64,000 nt of DNA from Octopus vulgaris (lineage: Eukaryota), in the NCBI GenBank assembly GCA_951406725.2, contig OX597827.1:79856001-79920000 (forward strand), written 5' to 3'. Numbering within the stretch: the stretch's first letter is position 1; each line of letters begins with the position of its first letter. The notes beneath the pieces are model-generated. The model searched no databases. It worked only from the letters and a program-made list of their open reading frames with translations, and was not told the origin of the DNA. The position numbers were made by a program, and so were the translations under genes. Below are positions 1-13,595 of the stretch, in pieces.

Positions 1-441
1 GAAATGTGTATCACCAGAGCCAATGCAAGCTCTTGACCATAGAATTTGCAACCTTACAATTTATCAACTTTCAGTTTGATTGCAAAGGTCAACCAGCACA
101 TAAGTATTAATAACTTCCATCCTCTCCTCAATGACTGCGAGAAAATGCATGATTTTTCTACCTTTTCCATTTTTTTCCTTTTCTTCTCTTTCCTTTTCCA
201 TTGGATATCTACTGTCTCCATTCAGATTTTCCATCTGGTTGCCTATATATTCTGAACAACAGATCACCTATACTGCACTTTGTATCCCATCCAATGATTA
301 GGAATGTAAAATTCAAAGAACTAGATATAAGGTGCCAACTTATCATAGCCATGAATAACACTTTTTCCTGGGCACTGAGTGTTGTTTTTAACTTCTTGTC
401 AGTACCTATGTACACTATACATACGCAAAAACATGTGTCTG

Positions 442-472
<31 letters not shown>

Positions 473-777
473 TGTTTATGTAATTTTTTTTTTTTGATAA
501 TATAGTATATTTAAATTTTTTCTATATAACACAGATAATGTCTTTCACTATTGAATTGCTTAATAGAGGTTATTTCTCTTAATGATATATATATATATCA
601 TTATATATTATGTTATATTATATATTATGTTATATTATATTATATTATATTAGAGGGAAAATCAAATAGAAGAATAAAGAGTAAAGGTAGTTATTCTCCT
701 GCCTATATTTCTTCTGACTACTTTGTCCACACAACTGCAGCAGCTGTGTAAGGCATAGAAAGAGATAGAAGGGCATA

Positions 778-938
778 GAGCTAGGCTGCAACCACTTTGC
801 TTCTGATTGGAATTCAAAAATTGTCTTGTTTTTGTAGAGAAATGTATCCAAAACAGATACTAATTTGAGCCATGTTCTCTACAAAAACAAAACAATTTTC
901 GAATTCCATTCAGAAGCAAGGCAGTTTCAGCTTAGCTC
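778..938. repeat. Imperfect inverted repeat, ~63-bp arms (MITE-like)
   Basis: gagctaggctgcaaccactttgcttctgattggaattcaaaaattgtcttgtttttgtagaga is mirrored at 876-938. Confidence 0.7.
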
Positions 939-1090
939 CACATCTTTCTATTTCAATTTTCAAAAATCAGAGAAATCTGTGAAACTGATTAAATATTAAA
1001 AATTTTTTTAAATAAAAAATCTAAATCTCAATGCATTTTCAACTTCTTTTCTCTATATTTCTACTCATGTAAAATAAAATAACTTTGGTT

Positions 1091-2196
1091 TCTATATATA
1101 TATTATATATGTATAGCAAATTTTGTCAGTCTGTTACCACCATACTGCTTAAATCAGCAAACCAATATTCATGAAACTTTGCATACATGTTACACTAACA
1201 TCCAGTTCAATGATATACTAATTGGATTTCAATAAAAATCTATAATGTACCCCCAGTTGGGTTGGGCAAATTATACGATAAAATGAGAAGGGTACAAAAA
1301 GTCAGAGGGAAACACAGTAGCAGAGTGAGGGTGACATATCAGGGACAGCAAGAATAGCATTATGTAAGCAACAAATATTGAGTGGTAATGGGATAGTAAC
1401 ATTAATACAGTTGTCATATACATGTGACACTGAATACATACTTTCATAAATACATAGATACAACACACACAGACAGAAAGGTGGGTGTGAGGTGGCTTTT
1501 CTGATGTCCACTGCAAAGAAACAGTCAGACACACACACACACATATATACATACATAAATACATACATATGTCTACTATACAACATTTTAAACCTGTGAT
1601 TACCCGTGTGTACGTTTGTAAATGTGTGTGTGCATCACAGCCTATGACTCTCCACTTTTGTAGGGTCTTCCCTGTTGCTATCACATATTGTGAGATTCAA
1701 AAATTTTTTAATTTGGTATATTGAAATAATTTTCCACATTAAATCCGATTTTTTAAAATTTATTTGTTCCAGAAAAATTGTAGAAAAATGTTACTGGGGT
1801 TTAAAGTGTAATCAGTTTTACCTAATCAGAAACTAGGATTTGGAAGTTGGCTATTTTTTACAGAATAGCTGTATGATAGCTGGTATTTCCTGCATGATAG
1901 CTATCACCAAATGAAAGCAAAGACATTAGGTGGAGGAATTTCTATTAAACAGGCAAATGCAAAGCATTACAACAACCAGAGTTGTAAGAACTTTTAAAAT
2001 TTTAATGAATAAAGTCTTGTGAAATGGCAAAAAAGACATGTAGATAATTTAAAAAGGAAAAAAAATCCTCAATGAAGCTTTTTGGGCGAAAAATTGCACA
2101 AATCTGTCCTTATCTGTTGGGGAAGGCATGGTCTAACATGGAATAAACAAAAATTTATATAAAACATTCTATTGTAAAAATTGCCTATTCAGCTAG
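1091..2196 (+). mobile_element. Possible non-autonomous Helitron-like element (decayed)
   Basis: Starts TCTATATATATA, contains accaatattcatgaaactttgcatacatg and ends cagCTAG|T. No clear 3' hairpin. Confidence 0.35.
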
Positions 2197-2692
2197 TGTG
2201 CGTGTGTGTGTGTGTATATATATAACACACACACACGCATCATGACTTTGTATTGACATTGTTTTGGCTGTGCAGGTGTTGTTTGTATCCCACATAAAGA
2301 AGATGTTTAGGCAGTCAGCAATTTAAAGTATGTAGATATCAGTTTCAAAATTTGGCACAAGGCATTTTGGGGGAGTGGGGTAAGTCAATTACATCAATCC
2401 AGTGTTCCTCTGGTACTTATTTTATTGCCCCAGAAAGGATGAAAGGTAAAGTCAACATTGGCAGAATTTGAACTCAGAATGTAATGCTTTAAAGCATTCT
2501 GTCTGGCATTCTAACAAATCTGTCAGCTTGCTGCCTTAAAGCATGTAGAGATTGAATGAAATATCTTACTTGAAAACAAGTAAGAGTTGGCAGTAAGTTG
2601 GTATCCAACTTAAAATCCTGTCACAAGAAGTCTCATTCAACCCATACCAGCATAGCAAAAGCAATAACTCAAATGATGATGATAATATACAT

Positions 2693-2858
2693 AGGCGCAG
2701 GAGTGGCTGTGTGATAAGTAGCTTGCTAACCAACCACATGGTTCCGGGTTCAGACCCACTGCGTGGCATCTTGGGCAAGTGTCTTCTGCTATAGCCCCGG
2801 GCCGACCAATGCCTTGTGAGTGGATTTGGTAGACAGAAACTGAAAGAAGCCTGTCGTA

Positions 2859-2900
<42 letters not shown>

Positions 2901-3130
2901 AGTGTGTGTGTTTGTGTGTCTGTGTTTGTCCCCCTAGCATTGCTTGACAACCGATGCTGGTGTGTTTACGTCCCTGTCACTTAGCGGTTCGGCAAAAGAG
3001 ACCGATAGAATAAGTACTGGGCTTACAAAGAATAAGTCCCGGGGTCGATTTGCTCGACTAAAGGCAGTGCTCCAGCATGGCCGCAGTCAAATGACTGAAA
3101 CAAGTAAAAGAGTAAAGAGAGTAAGAGTAT
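2693..3130 (+). mobile_element. tRNA-head SINE, full length (abundant octopus-type family)
   Basis: A-box-like TGGCTGTGTGA, B-box-like GGTTCAGACCC, body gccttgtgagtggatttggtagac, internal (TA)n/(TG)n and an aagagt-type tail. Confidence 0.9.
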
Positions 3131-3924
3131 AGATATTATGTATGTGGATGTAAGTGAGCTTATGTATATACACATACACACAAACATATACGATGATCAA
3201 AAATATATTAGTTTCCTGTGATTTCTGACTTCATGTAATCATTTTCTCTGCCATTTACTCTATAAATGTATATCACATCTAAAACTGTAGCATCCTAAAT
3301 CATGTCAAGCTTGACAGTTTTAACATAATCAAGCAGATCTTAAAAGAATAATTTAAAATGTGGTTGTGAATCACAAAATATTGCTGGACTATACTCTCTT
3401 GGGAAATTATGTTTTCACAGCTAACAGCCATTAAACTGAAAATCTGCCTAAATTAACAGAACACATGTTAAATTATAGCGACTGGGGAGTTGCACAGTTT
3501 GTAGCAAGGGTAATTTTTACTTAATGCTATGGATATTGTTTACATTATAATTTCAGATATCATTTTTATAGCTAGTATTATAATTACAAATTATGATATT
3601 GTTTCCATAAAAGAACATTATTATACACTTAGTGTTTTTATTTCACATTTATTTGCTGTGGTGGAAGGCATTGCTGGTATGGATAGATGCCATTTATCTG
3701 TCGAAAATCCAGTTTCACTCTAAACATTCCATAGTATTCTATTTTATATTTTAACTTTAATATATTTAGGAATATTTAATAACTTTTACTAATTTTGAAA
3801 GCACACATTTGTCCTGTAATATTGTCTGCTGAAGTGAAAGCTGGCAACTTGGCTGTGAAACTATAGCTATCTTTTGTTAGAACCCTTAATATACCTATTA
3901 ATTTGAACTCTATCTCTTTGGATG

Positions 3925-5521
3925 TCTATATATATAAAACTGAGGATGCGTGTGTGTGTGTGTGTGTGTTTAAACCCACAGAACTTCTGAAGTTTCCAAC
4001 TGATTTTCTCCAAACTGGGAACATACATTACTTATGTTCGAGAGATGGTTTTAGGCTCTTAAAAGTTTACACATAATGAGTAATGGGTCCCCTGGGGTCA
4101 GGAAACCCCTCTTCCTGGATAAGCAATGCGAATGATTGCATAACTTGGTTGCTTCGTTTGTTCAAGGGACATACTTATGACAATTTCTCTACCTCTACTG
4201 TGTATGTGTATATATATATATATATATATACGCACACACACAACTGAGGATGTGTGTGTGTGTAAACCCACAGAACTTCTGAAGTTCGTAACTGATTTTC
4301 TTCAAACTGAGAACATACATTACTTATGTTCCAGAGATGGTTTTAGATTCTTAAAATTTTTCACGTAATGAGTAATAGGGCCCTTAAGAGCAGAAAAATC
4401 CCTTTCCAAGGGTATGTACGACTGCCCACATGGTCCACACATTGTTTCTGTTCGAACTGGAAAAAACAGCTACTGAAATTATATAAGTAGGTTGTATTAA
4501 ATGGGTGAACCAATGAAGATTTCAAACTGCAGTGTCTAAGTGGTGATAGCAATAATACCTGTTCCCACAGTACCATAGGTAGCAATTTTTTGGAATAAAA
4601 ACCGTTTGGAACACACTATATTTATTACAAAAATATGCTGAAATATGTCAAATCCTGAGCAACTATTCAGCTATTTTCTTTTAGCTTCAGTACCAAAGTC
4701 TTCCCTCTAAGCATAAGACCCAACCACGTTAGTTCAAGACTGTGTCCTTAATGTGACCTTGCAGGCCCAGATGCTGCATGCAGAATTGCTTTCATGTGGG
4801 AGCTGAGTTGTCCTCACAATGGTTGCACACTGTTTACATGAAGCAGTGCATGGCTGAGTCACAACTATTGATTCCCAACCATGTCAGCAACCCAATGCCA
4901 CGTGACCCAACCAGGTTTGTTAGAGTCTGTGTCCTTAATGTGACCTTGTGTACCCCAATGCTGCTTGCAGAATTGCTTACATTTTTGGAACTGAGTTGTC
5001 CTCACAATGGTCGTGCAATGTTTATGTGAAGGAGTGCACGGTTTAGCCACGACTATTGATTTCAAACCAAAATATCACACAACAGTGTTGCTCTCAAGTG
5101 CTTCCTTGCTAATCCACCTCCCTTACCGCTTCACTTCTTTCATGTAGCTTTTTCTTGTGGTGCTGCTGGGCACACCCACAGGCTTAATTTATCACATACA
5201 TATACTTTCTATGTCTGTTAATTGTTCAGTGTGGCAGTGGCAGTGCTGACAGGTGCAAAGGAAAGTATATCCACTGAGAGCTTTTTGGTGCTTTCAAAAA
5301 TCACATACCCCCCACCCACCCATTTTCCCATGAGATGGTTAGGGGCCTGGAATCTTTCAAACAGAGACATGACATATCACTTAGTCGAATTGGACCTTCA
5401 TTTACTCCACAACTGACTTGTTGCCAATGCTGCCTTTCCTCCATATCACGTTTCAACTTGACTGTATCACATATACAACTATGCCACTTAAATCCCAAGC
5501 AACACTGGGTATGTCTGCTAG
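3925..5521 (+). mobile_element. Non-autonomous Helitron-like element with internal duplications
   Basis: 5' TCTATATATATAAAA; 3' imperfect hairpin cccaagcaacactggg then CTAG|T at 5518-5522. Duplicated blocks at 3938-4110 / 4242-4402 and 4718-4880 / 4905-5068. Confidence 0.55.
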
Positions 5522-6598
5522 TTTCTATATAAGAGAATATCAACATAAGATGACAAATTAACCATATTTATTTCTATAATATTCAACAACACTGAATTTT
5601 TCCATATACCATTTTCTAATAAACCTGGATGTATTAAATTCAAGATTTAAAAAAAATTATTTCCTTTCTAAAATTTTCTATGTCTTCATACTGTCATTCC
5701 CCCACCCTGTCTCACTTTAGGATGTGAAGTGGCACCATATAAGCTATAAACCAAAATGAATGAACTGCTCTAATCTTTGATTATGAAATGTCCAGATACT
5801 CATCCCAAGACTTGCAGTTCATTTTACTGGAATTGCTTTCATTCATCTAATTAGGGTGGGGAACATGAACAATAATATCACCCTGACTGATGTTGAGGAG
5901 TAATTAAGAATGTTTACTGTTCAAATGTTGTGCAAGTCTTAATAAAGACAAATCACACTAGAATGAAAGCTGCTTGTAAATTTGCTTTATAACTGAGTGA
6001 GAGAGAGAGAGAGAGTTCCCCCCAACTACCATCTTCAGGGATTAGCCATCTCCCCATTTGTGGTTCACATTTGAAATAGTACAATCACCTTCTCTGCCCA
6101 AATATCCATAATCATCTCCAAATTCTACCAAACAAGCACATCTTCCATCAACAGTCACTACATAAACATACTGCAGTGCAAACTTAAATACTTTGTTCTA
6201 TTCAACAGCTCTTAGATCCAGGAACTACATTTCTCCTAGTAAAATACTTGTGCATATTATTTAGCTAAAAGCCTTTCATTCAATTACATATAAATGCCAG
6301 GCCTTACAGTTTCTAAGAATCGTTCTTGTTCTCATGTACATCACGTGGCCAAAATTACATCATGAAGGTTAATGTCTTTTTTCTGAGAGGCAGAAATTAC
6401 TTCTGCATTAAGTAATTCCTCATTCTATATTGATATTGCAACATAAAAGATGTAGTAACCACCAATTCCAGCCTATCTTATAAGCTATCCATTGATATCC
6501 ATTGATCCTATGACATGACATATCAACAGTCCATAAGCATTGGTCATTTATTGTTAAACTTGATGATGATGATGATGATAATAATAATAATAACAATC

Positions 6599-7135
6599 AA
6601 TGGCCTGGTGCAGTACCAGGCAGTGGCTTTTCATCTTAACCAATTGGAAGTGTTATCATGTACATTGTTTTGCCTTGGTATATATAAAAGATGGGCTACA
6701 GCAAATATTCTGCTCAATACCACAGATTTGCTTGTCAGTTGCTTGACCTTAACCAGTTGACCATGTCTCTTAGTGGCTGATGATCTGTGCATCTCTGATC
6801 ACGAGCAGAAGTAGTGGGGGAGCATCATAGCCATGTGTTGGGAGGAATTATTTGGGGTTTGGATAATTTGCCTCTGGAAACATGGGTGTTATGTTCAACA
6901 TCCTTAAACAACCCTTATTCAGGGACCTTTTCAGTGGGATGAGCTACTTGACCTGAATAAAATTCTTACTGGGCACCACCTGCAAGGTCATGTGCTGTTT
7001 ATCTTGATATGAGATCATTATGTTGCGCACCTATGGTTGTGATGCATGTGCCTGGTGTACCCTTATCAGATGGGTAGTCATCATGGGTATACTGAGCTTT
7101 GTATATTTTACCCCAGTGTCACTGCTTTCTCACTC
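6599..7135 (+). mobile_element. ~540-bp non-coding element flanked by (TAA)n
   Basis: Reverse complement of 49615-50168 along its whole length; both copies sit in TAA/TTA repeats. Confidence 0.85.
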
Positions 7136-10100
7136 AATAATAATAGTTCTTCCATATTAACATTTTGAATGCATTACTTCCCTCTTTTCTGTAATGTCCA
7201 CTATATCTCACCTTAAACACTTTCCCCAACACTTTTCTCAAATCCATCAGAATTTTTTCCCCAAATGCTAATCTTCACTAAATCCTTTTGAACATTAATC
7301 ATATTAATCTCACTTAGATATCACTATTGCTATTATTAATATAAAGGATCTTAAAAAGGTTACAGGAAATTGCCCTTTTCTTCAATCAGTCCAATCAATA
7401 AGAAGTTGCCAAAGGATTGTGAAGAAACATGGTGGTGGAGGCCTTGTTTTAATCTGATGAACTTTCTGAGAAGAATTTGGTGCCAGGAATTGCATTGAGG
7501 CATTTTTTAAATATATGAAGTCAGGAGGACTTTTCTGAACATGCTGTTTTGATTCAATTACCTAGTCTGTTCCGAGATATTTTATATGTTTGTGAATATT
7601 AGTGATGGACCTAGTTGGGGTGGGGGAATCAGTAAAATGGCCTTGGCTGCTGTGTAATTGTTGTTCTGATCTTATCTCTGCTCAGGTTTTGGAACTAATT
7701 CTTGAACTTATTTATGTTGCTTTTGCTTTTTGTGTTTAGGATATACAATTTTGTTTGACTTATTTCTACAGATTTTCTGGCTTTCAGTTTATAACCAGGA
7801 CTGAAAGTTATCACATCTTGTATATGAATACATCTTTGTAAAGAATGTGATCAAAGATAGAAGAATAAGTGATGGGTGTATATGCATAGATCAGGCATTC
7901 TTGCTCCTTTCCAGTAACACATCCAACACATTAACCATCCAAGAACACATTGCCTAGGTAGCTATCAAGACTACTGGACATACCAGTTTTACATCATCAT
8001 CATCATCATCATCGTTTAATGTTCGCTTTCCATGCTAGCATGGGTTGGAAGATTTGACAGAGGACTGGCGAACCAGATGGCTGCACCAGGCTCCTAACAC
8101 CAACCACTCCGAGAGTGTAGTGGGTGCCTTTACATGCCACCAGCACGAGGGCCAGTCAAGAGGTACTGGCAACAACCACGCTCAAAAGGTGTGTTTTATG
8201 ATCCACCTGCACAGGAGCCAGTCCAGTGGCACTGGCAACGACCTTGCTCGAAGGATTTTTCACATGCCACCGGCATTTTTACGTGCCACTAGCACAGAAG
8301 CCAGTCAGCTGCTCTGGCAATGATCACGATCGGATGGTGCTCTTAGCGCTCCACTCGCACGGGTGCCAGTCATTGAATTTGATTCGATTTCAATTTCACT
8401 TGCCTCAACAGGTCTTCGCAAGCAGAGTTTAGTGTCCAATGAAGGAAAGGTACACATAAGTGGGCTGATTACACCCTTGGCATAGGCCACAGGTTATGGT
8501 CTCACTTGGCTTGCCGGGTCTTCTCACGCACTGCATATTTCCAAAGTTTGTGGTTCCAAGAGTTTTGACATGATCTGGACTTGGATTTATAGCAAAGGAG
8601 TGATGTCCCAGGCAACTGGCCACCCTTTCTCTCCTTGACTTCCTGGACCAGGGATAAGGCAAGCCAAAATGATGGAGGTATACTAGAAATGTAGTTGGAT
8701 GATCGGAATATTCTACATGCCCCACTATATACTGAGGAATTCATTTCACTATAACATTGTTAGATATTTATTCGTTGAAACATGACTACTAATAGTTGGG
8801 CTTCTACACATTCTCCTGGAAATCCAGTCTTCATGTGTAGCATGACGATTCCATTAAAAATTTCTCCAAGAATTTCAAGTTATCTCCAACCTTGTTTGGC
8901 CAGCTTGCCATGGACCCACAGGAGATCCCTACTTAAGATACACACTATATTTCAAGTATAATATATCCAGGGCTTCATTATCCACATGTTCTTGTTTTTT
9001 AAAGGTCATTTGATGTGACTGAAAGAAGATTTTGGTGTCTTTATTTCTAGCAGGTCGAGTGACTACATAGAGGTTCATTTAATGTTGCCTCTTTTTGTTG
9101 ACCTAGTATGTTACCTCTTTTTTGGGTAGGTTTGTGTAGTGTTTTGCTTTCTACTATGTTGTAAAGGTATTAGTAGTTTTTAGTATATTTCTCATTTGTG
9201 TATCTGTGTGAGTGTGGTACATTTCTCTCATTGAGTATGATGTTTGGTGAAATCTGATGTTCTTCTGTACTGTTGGTAAGGAGGTGCCTCTGTGTGGCAT
9301 CATTGTGTGGCTCCACTTCATTAAATCACTAGGAAGTGTGTGTGTGCGACACCACAGCTCAATTATGTTAAAATACATAAGTAGCTTTGTTCAACAGATT
9401 AGAAAAAAATTATATAATTTGGAAGTATCAGTAAAACAGTACTAAGTTATAGAAATAACTGCTTCAATTCATATGCAAATGTTTAAATTATTTCATTAAG
9501 CATTCAATTTATTGACAAATAAAAAAAAAACACTTATTGTAAACTGTTTGCATGTGATCACTCACATGCACATACGCCAATGCATGTGTGTGTGTTTGTG
9601 TGCATGTGTTCAAAATTGAGATATGCAGTTATGAAATTTATGTATCTTTTCTTCTCTTAAGACATCTTGCCTTTAATGTTTCAGTATCATATGACAGTTT
9701 TAGCTGCATGTAGAATATGTTTGAAAGAGAAGAAAAAAAAATGCCATCTGATGCTATCAGACAGTAAAATGTTTATCTTCTGCAAAGAAAGGTATTTCAT
9801 AAATATTTTTATTTAGGTTAGTATCGGCTTCAATTCAGTTTTGGTTAATTGCTCTTCTACTAAATCTTCTGCTATAATAATTGATAAAAGCAAATGGAAT
9901 TCTTCACAATATTCTCTGCATGATCGATAACAAGGAAAAGATATTTTTTCCATATCTGTAATGGTTGACCAAATTCCTTGGAGTTTGAGATGCATGTCAG
10001 ATATCAGAAGTGTCACAATCAAGGAAGATGGATAAAAATGACTGAAGCGTAAACATGTCATTTGGGTCAGCAGGCAATCTAAAGCCATCCACAACATAGA

Positions 10101-11220
10101 GAACATCTGATTGGATGTCACACTTTTATCCCATTTCCACCCCAATATACCTAAAGTAATGGCAGCCACTATATCATGATGTAGTTCAGCTAATAAAACA
10201 CACAGAACGTTACAGCTATATTCATTCATTTTCCCAGCTTCCAAGAAATGCATAACCAGAGATAAGCAGCATACATCTTACTTGTTTTTACAAATGGTTG
10301 TTTTTTTCTCTTCTTTCTTTTCTCTTGGATGCATTTTTATTCAGTAAAGATCTGTAGAGATTAGGGGAGAAAAAATGACTAGCATTTGGCCATTACTAAT
10401 GTATTTTGAGCATCCACACCACCACCACCACCACAAACCTCCATCACAAGCACTGATGCCATTTCAGTGTATAGATAGATACATTAAAGTTTATAAGAAA
10501 ATAATGATACATGATGAAATACATAGAGATAGGAGACTAGCAGCTAGAATATTCCATGTTTTATACTATGTCAGGTTCAAAAAGAAATGATATGGAAACA
10601 CATTATGTAAATCATATTTTGTTTTTCCCTCAAAACCATTGAACTAATATCTAGATGAATAAAAAGATATCACCAATAATGTATTGGATATATCTTTGAG
10701 TTATCTTTAGCTTTTCATGAGTAAGATGGAAGAATATAGCAGTTTCCCATAACTGCATAAAATTCTTTTGGGGCATTTAGAGAAACTAGAAAAGAAATAT
10801 AATCATTATTTGCATTACAAATACTAATGTCTTATTTAGGCATATAACCACAGACATGCAATGAGCAGCTACGAGATCTACATTTTGGTTACATTCTAAG
10901 ACAAGGATATTTGTAAATTACAATGAAGTGCTTGCAAAGGTTTTACCTGAAAAACAGGTTAAATGATATGAAAGGAAGGAGACAAAGTGCAGAGTACAAG
11001 AATCCAGTGAACGACTTTAATCGATGACTCCAGCTTGAAATTGTTACTTTTGCATTATTCTTCTAAATTCCTTCTTTTATCTTATACTTGCATTTACAGA
11101 GCAACATTGGAAATAAACAGAATAGTATATATATACAAGTGTGTGTGTATATATATATCTCCAACAATAAAAACCATGCTGAAGTAAACAAAGGAGCCTG
11201 GTACAGCTTGTATGTATATA

Positions 11221-11342
11221 TCACGTGACCACGTGACCGACCAGTCCATCAGATGAAGTTACACATCGCTGGTCACAATGCGTTCGCATTGTTTTTTTAG
11301 CCTTCGAATGATGCCACCCCGCTGGGTAAGCGAGCAGGCCAG
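11221..11342 (-). repeat. CpG-rich SINE 3' fragment in microsatellite
   Basis: GC/CpG-rich 120 bp with a cacgtgac repeated end, embedded in (TA)n. Confidence 0.5.
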
Positions 11343-11386
11343 TATGTATATATATATATATACACGCACACACACACACGTGTGTC

Positions 11387-11438
<52 letters not shown>

Positions 11439-11448
11439 TACATACATA

Positions 11449-11612
11449 TATTGGGTCATCCCATAAGTAATGCAGTTTATTTATGCTTCTTTTATTTTTC
11501 AAAATTAAGATAAGCAAAATTCATTTTCAATCTAAAATATACTCTCCTCCATTTTCTACAATGCTCTTACCTCTATTTGGTAGACTTGCAAGGCCCCTCT
11601 TCCAAAATTCAC
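11449..11612 (-). mobile_element. Mariner 3' end with TIR
   Basis: Minus strand EFWKRGLASLPNRGKSIVENGGEYILD-stop (mariner C-terminus); TIR TAttgggtcatcccataagtaatgc. Confidence 0.75.
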
Positions 11613-12662
11613 ATTTTAAAATAGAGAATATAAACATAGTGCAGAGTAGTTCTAATAAAGAAGATAGAGTCTCTTGAAGTTATTTCTAGAATAGCCAAGC
11701 ATGTGGGTCATGGTATTGAGTAAGGGTTCCAAAAGCTATGTATTCTGTCATCGGAGAGAGAAATAGCAGAAAATACAGAAATGAAGAATATTCCCAATCA
11801 AGGATATTAGTAGCTTCCAGTTCATTGAGAAATGAAGGAAGGATCAGAATGAAAAGCGTATGGGTTTGGTAGTTCCATGGTCAAAGAAATGATAAAGTCT
11901 AAAATCTGAGTGCACACTCCAGCTCTGTACTCTAGGCCTAACAGCCAGAAACTGATGCGGCCTATCAGTGTGAAAATCTTTGTGCATGCTCAGGAAGAGT
12001 GGTGTGACCTTCCACCCAAAGGATTTTCCCCACACAGTATTGGTTTTGATTGGGAAAATAAAGTCAGATACTTTTAGAATGCACCTCATGTTATTAACTG
12101 TTTGACTTGTAATATACGGCTTCTGTATATTTTTACAAAACTAAGAACTACATCAAAATGTTTTTCATTACAAATTTCAGGAAAAACAATACTCTTGATT
12201 TTGCCTATGACAAAGAGGCCATCAGGGTTTCACCTCTTGAAGTACCAACTTAAAATTCACCATATGAAATGCAAGACTTACCTGGTTCAGGCTGAGAGCT
12301 TTCAAGGGTTGCCCTTAACATTCATGCTGTGTTTTAATTACAAATATATGAGCACTTGCAAATACATAGGCACATACAGACACACACAAAAACACAGGTC
12401 CCTGTTTGTTGCTTTCCAGTAAAACGATTCAGTGCTGTTATTAGTAAATAGTAAATACTGTGTTTGTCCTTTCTCTCAAATGTTTCGAATATTTTGGTAG
12501 CTTCTTCACCATAAGACATGAGAATAGGGATGACAGCCACATAGCTTGTGAAGAAGGTGCAGGTATTGAATACTCTACATTCGAGATGGTCCATGCAAGC
12601 ACTGACTAGTAGTCCTGACAGGCTAGATCCTATGGGTAGGGCTTTAAACTGTTTATATGAAT

Positions 12663-13073
12663 AGACGCAGGAGTGGCTGTGTGGTAAGTAGCTTGCTAAC
12701 CAACCACATGGTTCCGGGTTCAGTCCCACTGCGTGGCATCTTGGGCAAGTGTCTTCTGCTATAGCCCCGGGCCAACCAATGCCTTGTGAGTGGATTTGGT
12801 AGACGGAAACTGAAAGAAGCCTGTCGTATATATGTATATATATGTATGTATGTGTATGTATGTGTGTGTTTGTCCCCCCTAGCATTGCTTGACAACCGAT
12901 GCTGGTGTGTTTACGTCCCCGTCACTTAGCGGTTCGGCAAAAGAGACCGATAGAATAAGTACTGGGCTTACAAAGAATAAGTCCCGGGGTCGATTTGCTC
13001 GACTAAAGGCGGTGCTCCAGCATGGCCGCAGTCAAATGACTGAAGCAAGTAAAAGAGTAAAGAGAAAGAGAGT
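12663..13073 (+). mobile_element. tRNA-head SINE, near-identical to the 2693 copy
   Basis: Same head, body and tail; the spurious ORFs 2944-3132 and 12889-13176 are almost identical. Confidence 0.9.
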
Positions 13074-13328
13074 CAGTGTTTTGGAGAATAGAAAAGATGA
13101 AATTAATCAACCTGAATATAATTCTGTCTGTTTTAAATCAAATAACTTCCTGATTTTGAAGAACTTAATTTTATAGACATGTATATGTACACACTTACTA
13201 CATAGTAGACATATAAAGAATTTCTTAAATGGATAAGGTATCTTTCTGAAAATTACCCTCCCCCCCCCCTTGTGTTTCTGGGAATGACAATTCAAATTGA
13301 ACTTCTCCTACTTCAGTAACACTTCTGG

Positions 13329-13595
13329 TAAGAAAGGGGTAGAAAGGGCTCCTTAGCCGTAGTGAAGGCAATCTGTCTAGGGAGATAACCTTACAATAAA
13401 TCACTCGGCCCGTAGCTTAGAAATACTGGGTTGATGTCCAGCGGGAACAGCTTTGTTTCAGGAGGAGGAAAGATCTTCTTTAGTACTTGGTTGTACAATG
13501 CTTTCCAATGTGTGTAGTAGTGGCGCGCGCACACATTATTAGCCATTTGAAAAGACTATGAAAGTCTCGACCACGGTCGAACAATGATGATGATG
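13329..13595 (+). mobile_element. Short retroposon with 11-bp target-site duplication
   Basis: AACACTTCTGG at 13318-13328 and 13596-13606; 3' hairpin tcgaccacggtcga and (atg)n tail. Confidence 0.75.

Noticed and set aside
6604-6620. Hairpin cctggtgcagtaccagg resembling U2 snRNA stem-loop IV
   Set aside because: The second copy reads ccctgatgcagtaccagg and no other U2 sequence is present.
9813-10253. 146-aa minus-strand ORF as a Pcdh tail exon
   Set aside because: No Pcdh tail motif and no convincing in-frame splice sites.
11221-11342. HDV-like ribozyme (GCTAA motif)
   Set aside because: I could not assemble P1/P2/P3 pairings; it behaves as a SINE tail fragment.
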